Below are positions 28,647 to 38,032 of a stretch of 64,000 nucleotides of DNA, piece by piece (within the stretch, counting starts at the first letter, position 1; each line of letters starts with the position of its first letter). A model generated the notes under the pieces. It worked only from the letters and a program-made list of their open reading frames with translations, searched no databases and had not been told where the DNA came from. Source of the DNA: an uncultured SAR86 cluster bacterium. GTDB taxonomy: Bacteria; Pseudomonadota; Gammaproteobacteria; Magnimaribacterales; D2472. Location of the stretch: the NCBI GenBank assembly GCA_902512655.1, contig CABXJR010000001.1, positions 51,896-115,895 of the forward strand, read 5' to 3'. A program made the translations under genes and the position numbers.

Positions 28647-30857
28647 ATGTTAATAAAACTTACATCAATTAGATTTAGCTATTTTGTAAAGCCAAAGTCA
28701 TTAATTCTTTTAGCGCTCAGCTTATTAGGGTCTGAAGTTTTAAGTAATGGCATCGTACTTGATGGATCTCTTTCATTGGGTGAATGGGATAAAGCCATTA
28801 CTTTTGATTTAGAGTACGAATTAATGCCTTCTCGTAATACTCCTGCAGAATTAAAAACAACTGCCTACGTCAAGTATGATAAAAAATTTTTGTACATTGG
28901 AATCAAAGCCTATGGAGATCCAAAAAAAATTAGAGCCACTCTAAAAAATAGAGATGAAACATGGAATGAGGATTATGTTGCGCTTATGACTGATCCATTC
29001 AGAGATGGCAGATATGGAATATTAATTGGTGTTAATGCGCTGGGCGTTCAATTAGATGAAAAACATATTAGCAATGCTGAACCAGATGATTCTTGGGATA
29101 TATTGTTTCTATCAGCAACTGCATTTCAAGATGATGGTTATTCTGCTGAATTAATAATTCCCTTCTCCGAACTTCAATTGCCTGATGTAGAAGTACAAAA
29201 GTGGAAAATGGGGTTTATTAGAAAATCATACCAAGCTGGCATCCAAACCGTGTTTGGGTCCTTTAAAAATTTACCTGCTGAAACTTGTTACGCATGCCAA
29301 GCAGATGAAGAAATTTTGTTAGGGTCACCGGAAAAAATTTATAGAAATTATATTTATCCCTATATTTTTTTAAATCAAAATGGTGGCAGACCTGTAAAAG
29401 ATTTTAAATTGCAGAATCCTGACTATGAAATTGGTATAACTGGTCTATATGATCTATCAAAATCTTCATCTATTGAGTACACAATCAATCCAGACTTTTC
29501 TCAGATTGAATCTGATGTTCCAATGATTATGGCTAATCAAACTTTTGCCATATCATATCCTGAAAAAAGAACTTTTTTTCTTGAAGGCTCTGAATTGCTT
29601 AAATCAGATACGCAAACCGTTTATACCCGATCAATTACCAATCCTTTGGGTGCAATTAAGTACATCAATCAGGGTGAAAATAATACGATATATTTATTAC
29701 AAGCCACAGATACTGATTCACCATACTTAGCAGCTGGGCAATATAGATCATATAAAGGTAATGCTGGCAAAAGCAAAGTAACAATAGGAAGGCTTAAGAG
29801 AAATTTAGGAAATAAATCACATGTTGGATTGATTGCAACAAATAGAGATTACCATGTTGGCGGATCTGGTTCAGTGGTTGAATTCGATAGTCTTATTAAC
29901 TTCTTGGATGATTATATTTTAGATCTAAATTATGCAAGGAGTGATACCCAAGAAGGAAATATTAATTTTATTGACACAAATGATACTTTTGCAGGTAGAA
30001 CTTATGCAATGGATGGAGAATCATTTTCGGGGGTTGCAAAAAATTTTCGTTTACGGTGGGCTATTGATAAAGCGAATGCGGGTGTAAGATTTTCAGATGT
30101 TTCTCCAACTTACAGAGCTCATGTTGGGTTTGTTGGCAGGAATGATTACCAGTATCGTAATTATTGGTATGGCAGAACTTATAGATCTCAAGGAACCATT
30201 AGAAAAATAAATTTTAATTTAAATAATAGAAATAGATTAAATTCTAAAAATGAAAAAATTTTGGAATTTTATGAGTTTCAAATTTATCTTGAAACAAATT
30301 TTAATTTTACTGGAACGATTGAATGGCAATATAAACCTAGCGAAAAATTTAATGGCATTCGATATGGTGAGCAAAGAGATATTGAAATAAGGGGTCAATA
30401 CCACCCTTCAGAAAGTTTTTTTACTAGTTTTAAGATAGAAAAAGGTGAATCTATAGCTTATAGAATTGACAACCCAGAAATTGGAGATTCAACGGAATAC
30501 AATCTCTATAATGTCTTTAGATTCTCAGATAAATTTAAGATTTCGCTAGGTCATAGGTACTCAGAATTAAAAAATAAAGTTACCAATGAAGAATTCTATG
30601 GGGGTGAAATTAATAGATTTGAGGTGGATTATCAAATTGATGGCGCTTTATCGACAAAAACCATTATTGAAAAAAATGACTTTAGTGATGACTACTTTCT
30701 TGAGGCTTTAATTCAATGGAAGCCTAACCCATACACAATTTTTTATGCAGGCGGTACTCAATTCTACAAAGAGCCAAACCCTTTTAGTGATAATCTCAGG
30801 CTTGAAACTTCACAAATTTATGCAAAGTTTCAATATTTTTACAATCCAAATCAGTAG
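28647..30857 (+). CDS. CBM9-like / DUF5916-type outer-membrane protein
   Basis: The N-terminal DGSLSLGEWDKAITFDL..YVKYDKKFLYIGIKAYGDP resembles CBM9/DOMON-like modules that precede a large beta-rich DUF5916 region. Aromatic-rich C-terminus. Confidence 0.55.
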   Translation: MLIKLTSIRFSYFVKPKSLILLALSLLGSEVLSNGIVLDGSLSLGEWDKAITFDLEYELMPSRNTPAELKTTAYVKYDKKFLYIGIKAYGDPKKIRATLKNRDETWNEDYVALMTDPFRDGRYGILIGVNALGVQLDEKHISNAEPDDSWDILFLSATAFQDDGYSAELIIPFSELQLPDVEVQKWKMGFIRKSYQAGIQTVFGSFKNLPAETCYACQADEEILLGSPEKIYRNYIYPYIFLNQNGGRPVKDFKLQNPDYEIGITGLYDLSKSSSIEYTINPDFSQIESDVPMIMANQTFAISYPEKRTFFLEGSELLKSDTQTVYTRSITNPLGAIKYINQGENNTIYLLQATDTDSPYLAAGQYRSYKGNAGKSKVTIGRLKRNLGNKSHVGLIATNRDYHVGGSGSVVEFDSLINFLDDYILDLNYARSDTQEGNINFIDTNDTFAGRTYAMDGESFSGVAKNFRLRWAIDKANAGVRFSDVSPTYRAHVGFVGRNDYQYRNYWYGRTYRSQGTIRKINFNLNNRNRLNSKNEKILEFYEFQIYLETNFNFTGTIEWQYKPSEKFNGIRYGEQRDIEIRGQYHPSESFFTSFKIEKGESIAYRIDNPEIGDSTEYNLYNVFRFSDKFKISLGHRYSELKNKVTNEEFYGGEINRFEVDYQIDGALSTKTIIEKNDFSDDYFLEALIQWKPNPYTIFYAGGTQFYKEPNPFSDNLRLETSQIYAKFQYFYNPNQ

Positions 30858-30871
30858 AACTAAATTAAAGC

Positions 30872-31978
30872 TTAGTTAAGATTTTGGTTTAAGTTGTTTA
30901 TGAAATTCAAGCTGCCATGCAAACAAGTCATTTCTTTTTCAACTAATGCTATGGGCATTTGAGCTAGGATATCTCTATGGACTGATCTTCTATTGATTAA
31001 AAAATTATCCATAAAAATACTAACATCAATAAATTGATAAAGAGTACGCATTAGACTTCCTATAATATATATTCCCTTTCCAGGCATGTATATCAAAGCT
31101 AGTTCAGAAAGAATTTGCGAAAAAGCTACTAAAAATATATCTATGCTCTTTTGAGAATATTGATTCTGATTATATGTTGCAACTATCTCTTCTGCTGACT
31201 TCTTGGTTGTATCAAAGTATGAATAAATTCTTGACAATCCTCTCCCAGAGATTAAGTCCTCAACAGTATTAAAAGTTGAATTATTCAAGATTCCAAGCTC
31301 ATCTAACAATCCGGGAATTCTAAATAAGCTGTTACCAATTTCAGTTGGAAGAACAATCTCTTTTCCAACAATCTGAGCGGCCCCCAACCCAGTACCTGGG
31401 CCAATAATTAATGCCACATCATTAAAAGATTTTCCTGGATTAATTATTTTCATCTCATTCTTTTCTAAATGATAAAAAATATGGCCTATTGACTCCCAAT
31501 CATTAAGAATATGGCATGAATCTAAAGAAAATTTTCTTAAAATATTACTTTTATCTATAGTAAATTTTCTATTTGTCATCGAAATAGAGTCATTCAGTTT
31601 TGGACCAGCAATTGAGAAAACTATGTTTTTAATATGTGGATATTTATCCAGAAAATTTTGCAAGATCTTATCAAATGAATCCAGGGAATCTATTTTTTGT
31701 TTTTTTACATCTTTTATTTCATTTGAACCAATATCAGCAATCGCTGATCTAATATTTGTTCCACCAATATCAATTAATAAAACACCCCCCTCAAGATATA
31801 ATTTTTTCTTTCTTAAGTTTTGAGCGCTCTTATTGGGTTTAAAGCCAAGCTTATCTATTGAAACGAAAACTTTACTTTTAGTAGAATCGGCAACATTTAC
31901 TTCATTATTAATTACTCTTGATACAGTTTTAATGGATACGCCTGCATCTATAGAAACATCTTTTATGGTAACTGTCAT
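30872..31978 (-). CDS. LacI-type HTH fused to a glucokinase-family (Glk) domain
   Basis: Residues 1-60 are a LacI HTH: TIKDVSIDAGVSIKTVSRVINN...KLGFKPNKSAQNLR. The rest matches Glk: LLIDIGGTNIRSAI, MTNRKF, ILNDWES, IIGPGTGLGAA, LISGRGL. Confidence 0.8.
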   Translation of the reverse strand: MTVTIKDVSIDAGVSIKTVSRVINNEVNVADSTKSKVFVSIDKLGFKPNKSAQNLRKKKLYLEGGVLLIDIGGTNIRSAIADIGSNEIKDVKKQKIDSLDSFDKILQNFLDKYPHIKNIVFSIAGPKLNDSISMTNRKFTIDKSNILRKFSLDSCHILNDWESIGHIFYHLEKNEMKIINPGKSFNDVALIIGPGTGLGAAQIVGKEIVLPTEIGNSLFRIPGLLDELGILNNSTFNTVEDLISGRGLSRIYSYFDTTKKSAEEIVATYNQNQYSQKSIDIFLVAFSQILSELALIYMPGKGIYIIGSLMRTLYQFIDVSIFMDNFLINRRSVHRDILAQMPIALVEKEMTCLHGSLNFINNLNQNLN

Positions 31979-32055
31979 AATGTATTGGATTTAATTAATT
32001 TATCTTAATATGTTCTTATATTTGATTAAATACATTTAATGGAATTTTGTTGAGA

Positions 32056-32312
32056 CAAAAAAAAACAGAGCCAGGCTCTGTCTTTTCAGTTCGAGATTGG
32101 AAGGGGTCTAAAGTGAGAATCTCTTTAGCTCCTTGGAGGCTTTCTCTTTCCTCCTTGGTGGGTTACTAAGCTCTTTTTTATCGTCGACTCTTAGTATCGC
32201 TTTCGCCCTTCGTCTCTTCCTTCTCTTTCTCTCTTACTCCCGTCTGCAGTTGTTTGTAAGTCGGTCCGAGTTGGTCTATTAAATATACGCCTTTAGGAAA
32301 TAGAGTCAACAC
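32056..32312. repeat. 257-bp direct repeat, copy 1 (100% identical to 35427-35683)
   Basis: Base-by-base comparison of the two stretches at a constant offset of 3371 nt found no mismatch. Similarity resumes weakly (AAAAAAATATAACTA) after 8 diverged nt. Confidence 0.95.
32057..32275 (-). ncRNA. Candidate sRNA or leader RNA of about 220 nt (copy 1), purine-rich, GGA-containing
   Basis: Minus strand carries -35 TTGACT (32309-32304), a 16-nt spacer and -10 TATATT (32287-32282). The terminator is ACAGAG-ccugg-CUCUGU plus U9 (32081-32057). There is no ATG on either strand. Confidence 0.5.
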
Positions 32313-32433
32313 CTCTATATAAAAAAATATAACTAATTAAAAAATGAACAGGAAATGAGTTACTTATATGATAAAAACTAATCAAAAATGTTACTTGAAT
32401 GAATTACATCAGCATACTTTTAAAAATTACGAA

Positions 32434-33276
32434 TTACAAATTTTTTTTAAGAAATTTCTGACCAGCCTGCATGCCAATCAAATAGTCTGCTTTCATAATT
32501 TTGCGATTAGTTGTTGCTCGCTTTGTGCTTAGTCGATTTGGGGGACAGATTTGTTGAATCGTACAATCACTTGGTGGCTTATTGATAAACTCAAGTGCGG
32601 AATTATATGTTGCCGCATTAGATAATAAGGCTCTAGAAATATTTGGATACGATCTTGTTGCAATAGCAGCTAAGTGGTTTTCAAACTTAGTTTTTCTTAC
32701 AAAAGTTTGCTCATAGGTTCGAATAATAGTTATGTCTCGAGCCCCCATTTCATAAGCTTTTTTTACAGGTAGTGGATCGGTAATACCTCCGTCATATTTT
32801 CGCTTACCATTAAGCATTACTGCATTCTTCATCAACAAAGGTAAAGAGCCAGTTGCAAGCATTTCATTTATGTAATTTTTTTTGGATAGTTCGATATATT
32901 CCGGTTTAGCAGTTGTAGCATCGGAAATTACTACATAAAATTTTTTTCTTTCTAAATTTTGTTGCAATCGATCAAAATCTATTGGAAAAACCTTATTTGC
33001 ATCCTGGTAAAGCTTCTCGAAATTCATAATGCTTTTATTAAATAGAATATTTGAATATCTGACATATTTTTTTGAAGCAGAAAAAAGCATTTTGTCTAAA
33101 TTATAATCAGCAACTTTTAATAGATACCAAAGCTGAACCACTGCTCCGTTAGATACACCTAAATGAAGATCGAATGGGTTATACGATGCCTGAATAAATG
33201 AGTCTGTTACTCCAAACGAAAAGACCCCTCTGCTTCCGCCACCTTCAACAATTAATGCTCTTTTGGTTGATTGCAT
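32434..33276 (-). CDS. Patatin-like phospholipase
   Basis: Oxyanion motif VEGGGSRGVF, nucleophile GVSNG (GxSxG), catalytic Asp context YDGGITD. Confidence 0.85.
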   Translation of the reverse strand: MQSTKRALIVEGGGSRGVFSFGVTDSFIQASYNPFDLHLGVSNGAVVQLWYLLKVADYNLDKMLFSASKKYVRYSNILFNKSIMNFEKLYQDANKVFPIDFDRLQQNLERKKFYVVISDATTAKPEYIELSKKNYINEMLATGSLPLLMKNAVMLNGKRKYDGGITDPLPVKKAYEMGARDITIIRTYEQTFVRKTKFENHLAAIATRSYPNISRALLSNAATYNSALEFINKPPSDCTIQQICPPNRLSTKRATTNRKIMKADYLIGMQAGQKFLKKNL

Positions 33277-33312
33277 AAATTAATAGTTATAAGTAATAAA
33301 ATTTTAGAAAAT

Positions 33313-33939
33313 TTATAATTTAAAAGATTCAATAATGCCTGCAACTACAAACTCTATAGCAAGAGCCCCAAGCAATATCCCAAAGATCTTTTGCACAACG
33401 ATAATAATGGTAGGGCCAACTTTTTTTGAAAGACTGGCAGACAGCCACATTGCGAAAGCAACTAAAATAATAATTATTAAAATCGGAGTAAAATTTATTA
33501 GTATCTCAGTTGGGTCATTTGTATTCGATTCAGCTATAAGTAAAGCAGTAGTCATTGCACCAGGACCTGCTATCAAGGGAATTGCTAAAGGAAAAATTGC
33601 AAGAGATTGAATAGATTCATCATCAAGAGCTACTTCAGCTGTATTCTGTCGCCTAGTTTGTCTTTGCTCTAGAACCATTTGAAATGCAATTGCAACCAGA
33701 AATAAGCCTCCAATTATTTTAAATGAGCTCATAGAAATACCCATAACATCTAATATTGCAGTTCCAAATAAGTAAAATAAAGATAGTATAAAAAAAGAGA
33801 CTATGGTTGCTTGGATATAGATTTTCTTAATATCATTTTTATTTAAGCCTTGAGTAAGACTTGCAAAAATAGGAACCAGTGCAATTGGATCAACCGCAAC
33901 AAATAGTAAAATTGTATTTTCAAGTAACTGATCAAACAT
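33313..33939 (-). CDS. MarC-family (UPF0056) integral membrane protein
   Basis: 208 aa, 6 TM. The N-terminal LLFVAVDPIALVPIF and PLAIPLIAGPGAMTT motifs are typical of MarC/UPF0056. Confidence 0.8.
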   Translation of the reverse strand: MFDQLLENTILLFVAVDPIALVPIFASLTQGLNKNDIKKIYIQATIVSFFILSLFYLFGTAILDVMGISMSSFKIIGGLFLVAIAFQMVLEQRQTRRQNTAEVALDDESIQSLAIFPLAIPLIAGPGAMTTALLIAESNTNDPTEILINFTPILIIIILVAFAMWLSASLSKKVGPTIIIVVQKIFGILLGALAIEFVVAGIIESFKL

Positions 33940-33940
33940 T

Positions 33941-35353
33941 TTAGGTAGCTATTATTTGAATTGAGTCAGTGTGAGATGCAGAATACACCCCCGCTATTAA
34001 TACAAATTTTAGTGATTTTTTAGACTTCTTGCCAGACATTAAAATTGATTTGATCTTTGAGATTGTTTTTTTTTGATTGATTATTGATTTTATAAAATGC
34101 GGCTTCATTCCACCGATTATGCTTAAATGACAGTATGTATCATGATTATTTGTAAATGCATAAACAGGCATTCGAAATGGTTTTGTGTTTGAAACTACAT
34201 TTGCCGTCTGACCTGACCGAGTGATGACAACTATTCCATCTGCATTTATTCTTTCTGCAAGATCCCGAGCTCCTTGTGCAATATTTTGCCAGTCTGAATT
34301 ATCTTGAAGAAATTTTTCATAACCCAGAGTTCTAAATAGTTCTGTTCTAACAGCTATTTTCTTCAGCATTTTGATGCATTGAACGGGATATTTACCAACG
34401 CTGGTTTCACCTGAAAGCATTACAGCATCAGCTCCCTCATATATTGCGTTTGCAACATCAGTAACTTCTGCTCTTGTTGGAGTTGGATGATGGATCATAG
34501 ACTCCAATAAATGCGTTGCAACAACAGATCTTCTCCCCCATTTTGCAGTTGCATACATAATTCTTCTTTGTATATTAGGCAAATCAGCAAGGTCGGTCTC
34601 AATTCCCAAATCACCTCTTGCAACCATAACAATATCTGCAGCCTGCGTAATTTCATGAATATTATCTAGCCCCTCTTGATTTTCAATCTTTGCAATAATT
34701 TTTATTAATGATTTTTTTCTTTTCAATATGGATCTAAGATTAGATATATCTTGAGCAGATCTTACAAAGGACAAAGCAACGAAACTAACGTTGTGCTTGA
34801 TTCCAAAATTAATGTCCTTGCGATCTTTTTTAGTTATCGATGGTAAATCGACTCTAACTCCTGGAAGGTTAACATGACGTTTGCTACCAAGAGTTCCACC
34901 ATCAAGAACTTTGCACTTCAAACTTTCATTATCTTTTGCTAAGACTTTAAAATTAAGCAAGCCATTATCTATACTTATTTTGGAACCCTTATCTACACTT
35001 TTTATAAGGCCTTTGTAATTAATTTTAATTGAAGAAGTTTCCACATCAATATCATCTCTTATTGTAAGATTAACTATGTCACCTGTTTGGAGATCAATAT
35101 CCGATTGGTTAATACCTGTTCTAATTTCTGGCCCTTGTGTATCTAACAATATGCCTATTGGACCAAATGATTGTGACTGTTTTCTATTGACCCTTTGAAT
35201 TGACTCAATAATTTTTAATGCGTCAGTCTGTGATGCATGAGACATGTTTATTCTTGCTACATTCATGCCAGCAGCATGCAAGTCTTTTAACGACGAATAT
35301 TCGTTTGTGCTAGGGCCAATTGTTGCAATAATTTTTGTTTTAGTAATAAGCAT
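33941..35353 (-). CDS. pyk: Pyruvate kinase
   Basis: KIIATIGP, MNVARINMSH, IIAKIENQEG, IMVARGDLGIE and MLSGETSVGKYP are canonical pyruvate kinase motifs. Confidence 0.95.
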   Translation of the reverse strand: MLITKTKIIATIGPSTNEYSSLKDLHAAGMNVARINMSHASQTDALKIIESIQRVNRKQSQSFGPIGILLDTQGPEIRTGINQSDIDLQTGDIVNLTIRDDIDVETSSIKINYKGLIKSVDKGSKISIDNGLLNFKVLAKDNESLKCKVLDGGTLGSKRHVNLPGVRVDLPSITKKDRKDINFGIKHNVSFVALSFVRSAQDISNLRSILKRKKSLIKIIAKIENQEGLDNIHEITQAADIVMVARGDLGIETDLADLPNIQRRIMYATAKWGRRSVVATHLLESMIHHPTPTRAEVTDVANAIYEGADAVMLSGETSVGKYPVQCIKMLKKIAVRTELFRTLGYEKFLQDNSDWQNIAQGARDLAERINADGIVVITRSGQTANVVSNTKPFRMPVYAFTNNHDTYCHLSIIGGMKPHFIKSIINQKKTISKIKSILMSGKKSKKSLKFVLIAGVYSASHTDSIQIIAT

Positions 35354-35426
35354 GGGCAGGATGATACTCCATTAAAATTTAAAATGAAGCAATGGTATTG
35401 ATTTATGTATGTTAGCTTATATAAGG

Positions 35427-35683
35427 CAAAAAAAAACAGAGCCAGGCTCTGTCTTTTCAGTTCGAGATTGGAAGGGGTCTAAAGTGAGAATCTCTTTAGC
35501 TCCTTGGAGGCTTTCTCTTTCCTCCTTGGTGGGTTACTAAGCTCTTTTTTATCGTCGACTCTTAGTATCGCTTTCGCCCTTCGTCTCTTCCTTCTCTTTC
35601 TCTCTTACTCCCGTCTGCAGTTGTTTGTAAGTCGGTCCGAGTTGGTCTATTAAATATACGCCTTTAGGAAATAGAGTCAACAC
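35427..35683. repeat. 257-bp direct repeat, copy 2 (100% identical to 32056-32312)
   Basis: See copy 1. Offset 3371 nt. Confidence 0.95.
35428..35646 (-). ncRNA. Candidate sRNA or leader RNA of about 220 nt (copy 2)
   Basis: Same promoter and terminator as copy 1, shifted by 3371 nt. The terminator ends 74 nt upstream of the pyk ATG (35353). Confidence 0.5.
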
Positions 35684-35718
35684 TTTTTATTAAAAAAATA
35701 TAACTATTTTAATAAAAA

Positions 35719-37731
35719 TTATTTATTCCATTTATTTTCATAAAAATCAGCTAAAACATCGAAGGCTGCTTTTTTATTTCCATTCTCATCAATTAAACCT
35801 TTCCTATTATAAAAATCTTGAATACCAGGCAACGGTCTTAACATAGCTCTGAAATCTTTGAAGACCCATGGGCTAATTCCTTTAATTTGAGGGTTATTGG
35901 AAAGCATTTCTAATTGATGCCTGTAGAGTCTAGCTTGATATTCTTCGGACCAGATTTTATTTGAATGATTTCCATATTTTGCTCCAGCACCAAATTCAGA
36001 TATATGGATAGGCTTATTAAAAACCGAGCTTATTTTGATATTAGGCAGAACCTCGAACATTAATTTCCTAAGCGTTCCTTCAGGAATCATCATTTGATCT
36101 GTAAAAAATGTTACGTAATACCAACCAAAGTATTCATTGTAAGAAATTAGATCAACACTCTTGCCAAGCGGATCATCAATTGAGATAGAAAAATTTAATT
36201 CACTATCAATTGGTATATTTGCTTGATCTAGGATGAATTGAAAAATAGCTTTTTCTTGCGGATTAACCCATTGAGATTTAACTCCCTGCAATGCTAACAC
36301 TAATACCAATGCTTTAAACTGTTCCTCGCTACCTGACAAAAGAGCTGCTGTTGTTAATCGCGTTGAATCAATAGCTTCTATCTCTGAGAGAAGTGTATTT
36401 AAAAATTTCATTCTTGATGAGGATAATGGAGTTTCATTTGCTACAGACCAAACCACTACAGATGCTCTATTTTGATCTCTTTGCACTAATCTTTTAATTT
36501 GGTTTATTGCGATATTCAGTGTTTCAGAATTATCCCAGTCAATATTCCAATAAACAGGAACCTCTTCCCACAACATTAAACCTAATCTGTCTGCAACCTT
36601 TGCTAGATGGCGAGTATATGGATAATGAGCTGCTCTTATAAAATTAATATTAAGATCTTTAGCCATTAAAAGAAGGTCTTGAAAATGCTCTTTTGAAAAG
36701 GCTGGGCCTGGAATTCCAATAGGCTCAGAGTGCATAGCGATTCCCTTAAACTGAATCTCACTATTATTTAGATATATATTTTGACCTTCCACTTTGATGG
36801 AACGAAATCCTATTTCATCAGAAATAATTTCTTGATCAGAAGAAATGATTACCTTGTAAAGTTTTGGATCAGTTGGCGACCAAAGTCTAGGAGCAATTAT
36901 TATACTTTCTCTAATAAATCCGACAGTATTGGTTATAAATTCATCTTTAAATTGGAGCTCAGGAATTTCAAGCACAATCCTTTGCCCTGAAAGCTCCTGG
37001 TTCATTTCAAGTTTAAATAGAGCTTCGAAGAAGTTTTCTGGATTTAACTGCAGATATGCATTTTGTATAAATTTTTTCGGAGTTTCGACTATGTATACAT
37101 CGCCAACAATCCCTCCCCAAGGCCACCAATCAGTTTTTTGCGTAGGAACAGAGGACTGATTAAGCGTATTGTCAGTTTGCACTAGTAGAATATTCTCTCC
37201 ATTTTTTAAATGTTTGGAAATATCAAAATTAAATGGGACGTAGCCACCTTCAAATTCTCCAATGATTGAACCATTTATAAATATCTTAGTAGTGAAGTTG
37301 CTGCCTTCTATATAGAGATGAGTTATAGCTTCTTTTTTAGGCTGATAATTAAACTTTTTGTAGAGCCAGACAGGTCCTCTATAAAAAAATAGTTTTTTAT
37401 CTATAGCATTCCAAGCACCAGGAATTTGAATTTTTGCTGCAGTATCGAAATTGTATTCAATCAATTCCATGCCTGTTTTTTGGGTTTTATTTTTAGGAAA
37501 TCCTCCAAAAAATGATGACTCTGGCAAGCCGTTATTCATAGGGTCAACTATGTAACTCCATTCACCGTTTAAAGTAGTAATTTGACGTGAATCTATCCAG
37601 CCAATTAAATTATCTGGAGAAGGATAATTGGGAGCCTCTCTTTCAAAAAAACTATCTGCATCAGATTTATCTTCAGAGTATAAACTGATTGTAAAAACTG
37701 CTAAAAAGAAAAAGAAAATTCTTGAAATCAT
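35719..37731 (-). CDS. Glycoside hydrolase family 2 enzyme (beta-glucuronidase/galactosidase-like), secreted
   Basis: Signal peptide. Sugar-binding, Ig-like and TIM-barrel order. IRAAHYP, the acid/base WSVANE, and the SEFG nucleophile context. Confidence 0.8.
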   Translation of the reverse strand: MISRIFFFFLAVFTISLYSEDKSDADSFFEREAPNYPSPDNLIGWIDSRQITTLNGEWSYIVDPMNNGLPESSFFGGFPKNKTQKTGMELIEYNFDTAAKIQIPGAWNAIDKKLFFYRGPVWLYKKFNYQPKKEAITHLYIEGSNFTTKIFINGSIIGEFEGGYVPFNFDISKHLKNGENILLVQTDNTLNQSSVPTQKTDWWPWGGIVGDVYIVETPKKFIQNAYLQLNPENFFEALFKLEMNQELSGQRIVLEIPELQFKDEFITNTVGFIRESIIIAPRLWSPTDPKLYKVIISSDQEIISDEIGFRSIKVEGQNIYLNNSEIQFKGIAMHSEPIGIPGPAFSKEHFQDLLLMAKDLNINFIRAAHYPYTRHLAKVADRLGLMLWEEVPVYWNIDWDNSETLNIAINQIKRLVQRDQNRASVVVWSVANETPLSSSRMKFLNTLLSEIEAIDSTRLTTAALLSGSEEQFKALVLVLALQGVKSQWVNPQEKAIFQFILDQANIPIDSELNFSISIDDPLGKSVDLISYNEYFGWYYVTFFTDQMMIPEGTLRKLMFEVLPNIKISSVFNKPIHISEFGAGAKYGNHSNKIWSEEYQARLYRHQLEMLSNNPQIKGISPWVFKDFRAMLRPLPGIQDFYNRKGLIDENGNKKAAFDVLADFYENKWNK

Positions 37732-37744
37732 GATTTCACGGACA

Positions 37745-38032
37745 TTAATTAATCCCTTGAACCAAAACTACATGACGGTTAGAAGAGTTTTTGGAATACT
37801 GTAAAGCCTCTTGATAATCGATTGACTCGTAGCAAAGCTTCGCCTCATTCATTGAATTGAATTCAACTAATACTGTTCTTTCATATTGGCCACCTTCTAA
37901 TTCTATTTGTTCTCCACCTCTGACTAAGAATTTACCTCCATGCTTGCTAATGGCGGGACCGGCTAATTTAATGTATTCATCATATTCTGCTGCATTATGA
38001 ACATGGCATCTTGTGATCCAGTAGGCTTTCAT
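37745..38032 (-). CDS. DUF1330 domain protein
   Basis: 95 aa. [18 protein letters not shown]...GGKFLVRGG...[11 protein letters not shown] is the DUF1330 (dimeric alpha-beta barrel) pattern. A 4-nt overlap with glcB. Confidence 0.8.
   Translation of the reverse strand: MKAYWITRCHVHNAAEYDEYIKLAGPAISKHGGKFLVRGGEQIELEGGQYERTVLVEFNSMNEAKLCYESIDYQEALQYSKNSSNRHVVLVQGIN

Noticed and set aside
32056-32312. Interpretation of the 257-bp repeat as a MITE or IS remnant, or as carrying a GacA box (TGTAAG at 32255)
   Set aside because: There are no terminal inverted repeats, no target-site duplication and no transposase. TGTAAG is not followed by N6-CTTACA. The promoter and terminator organisation fits an RNA gene better.
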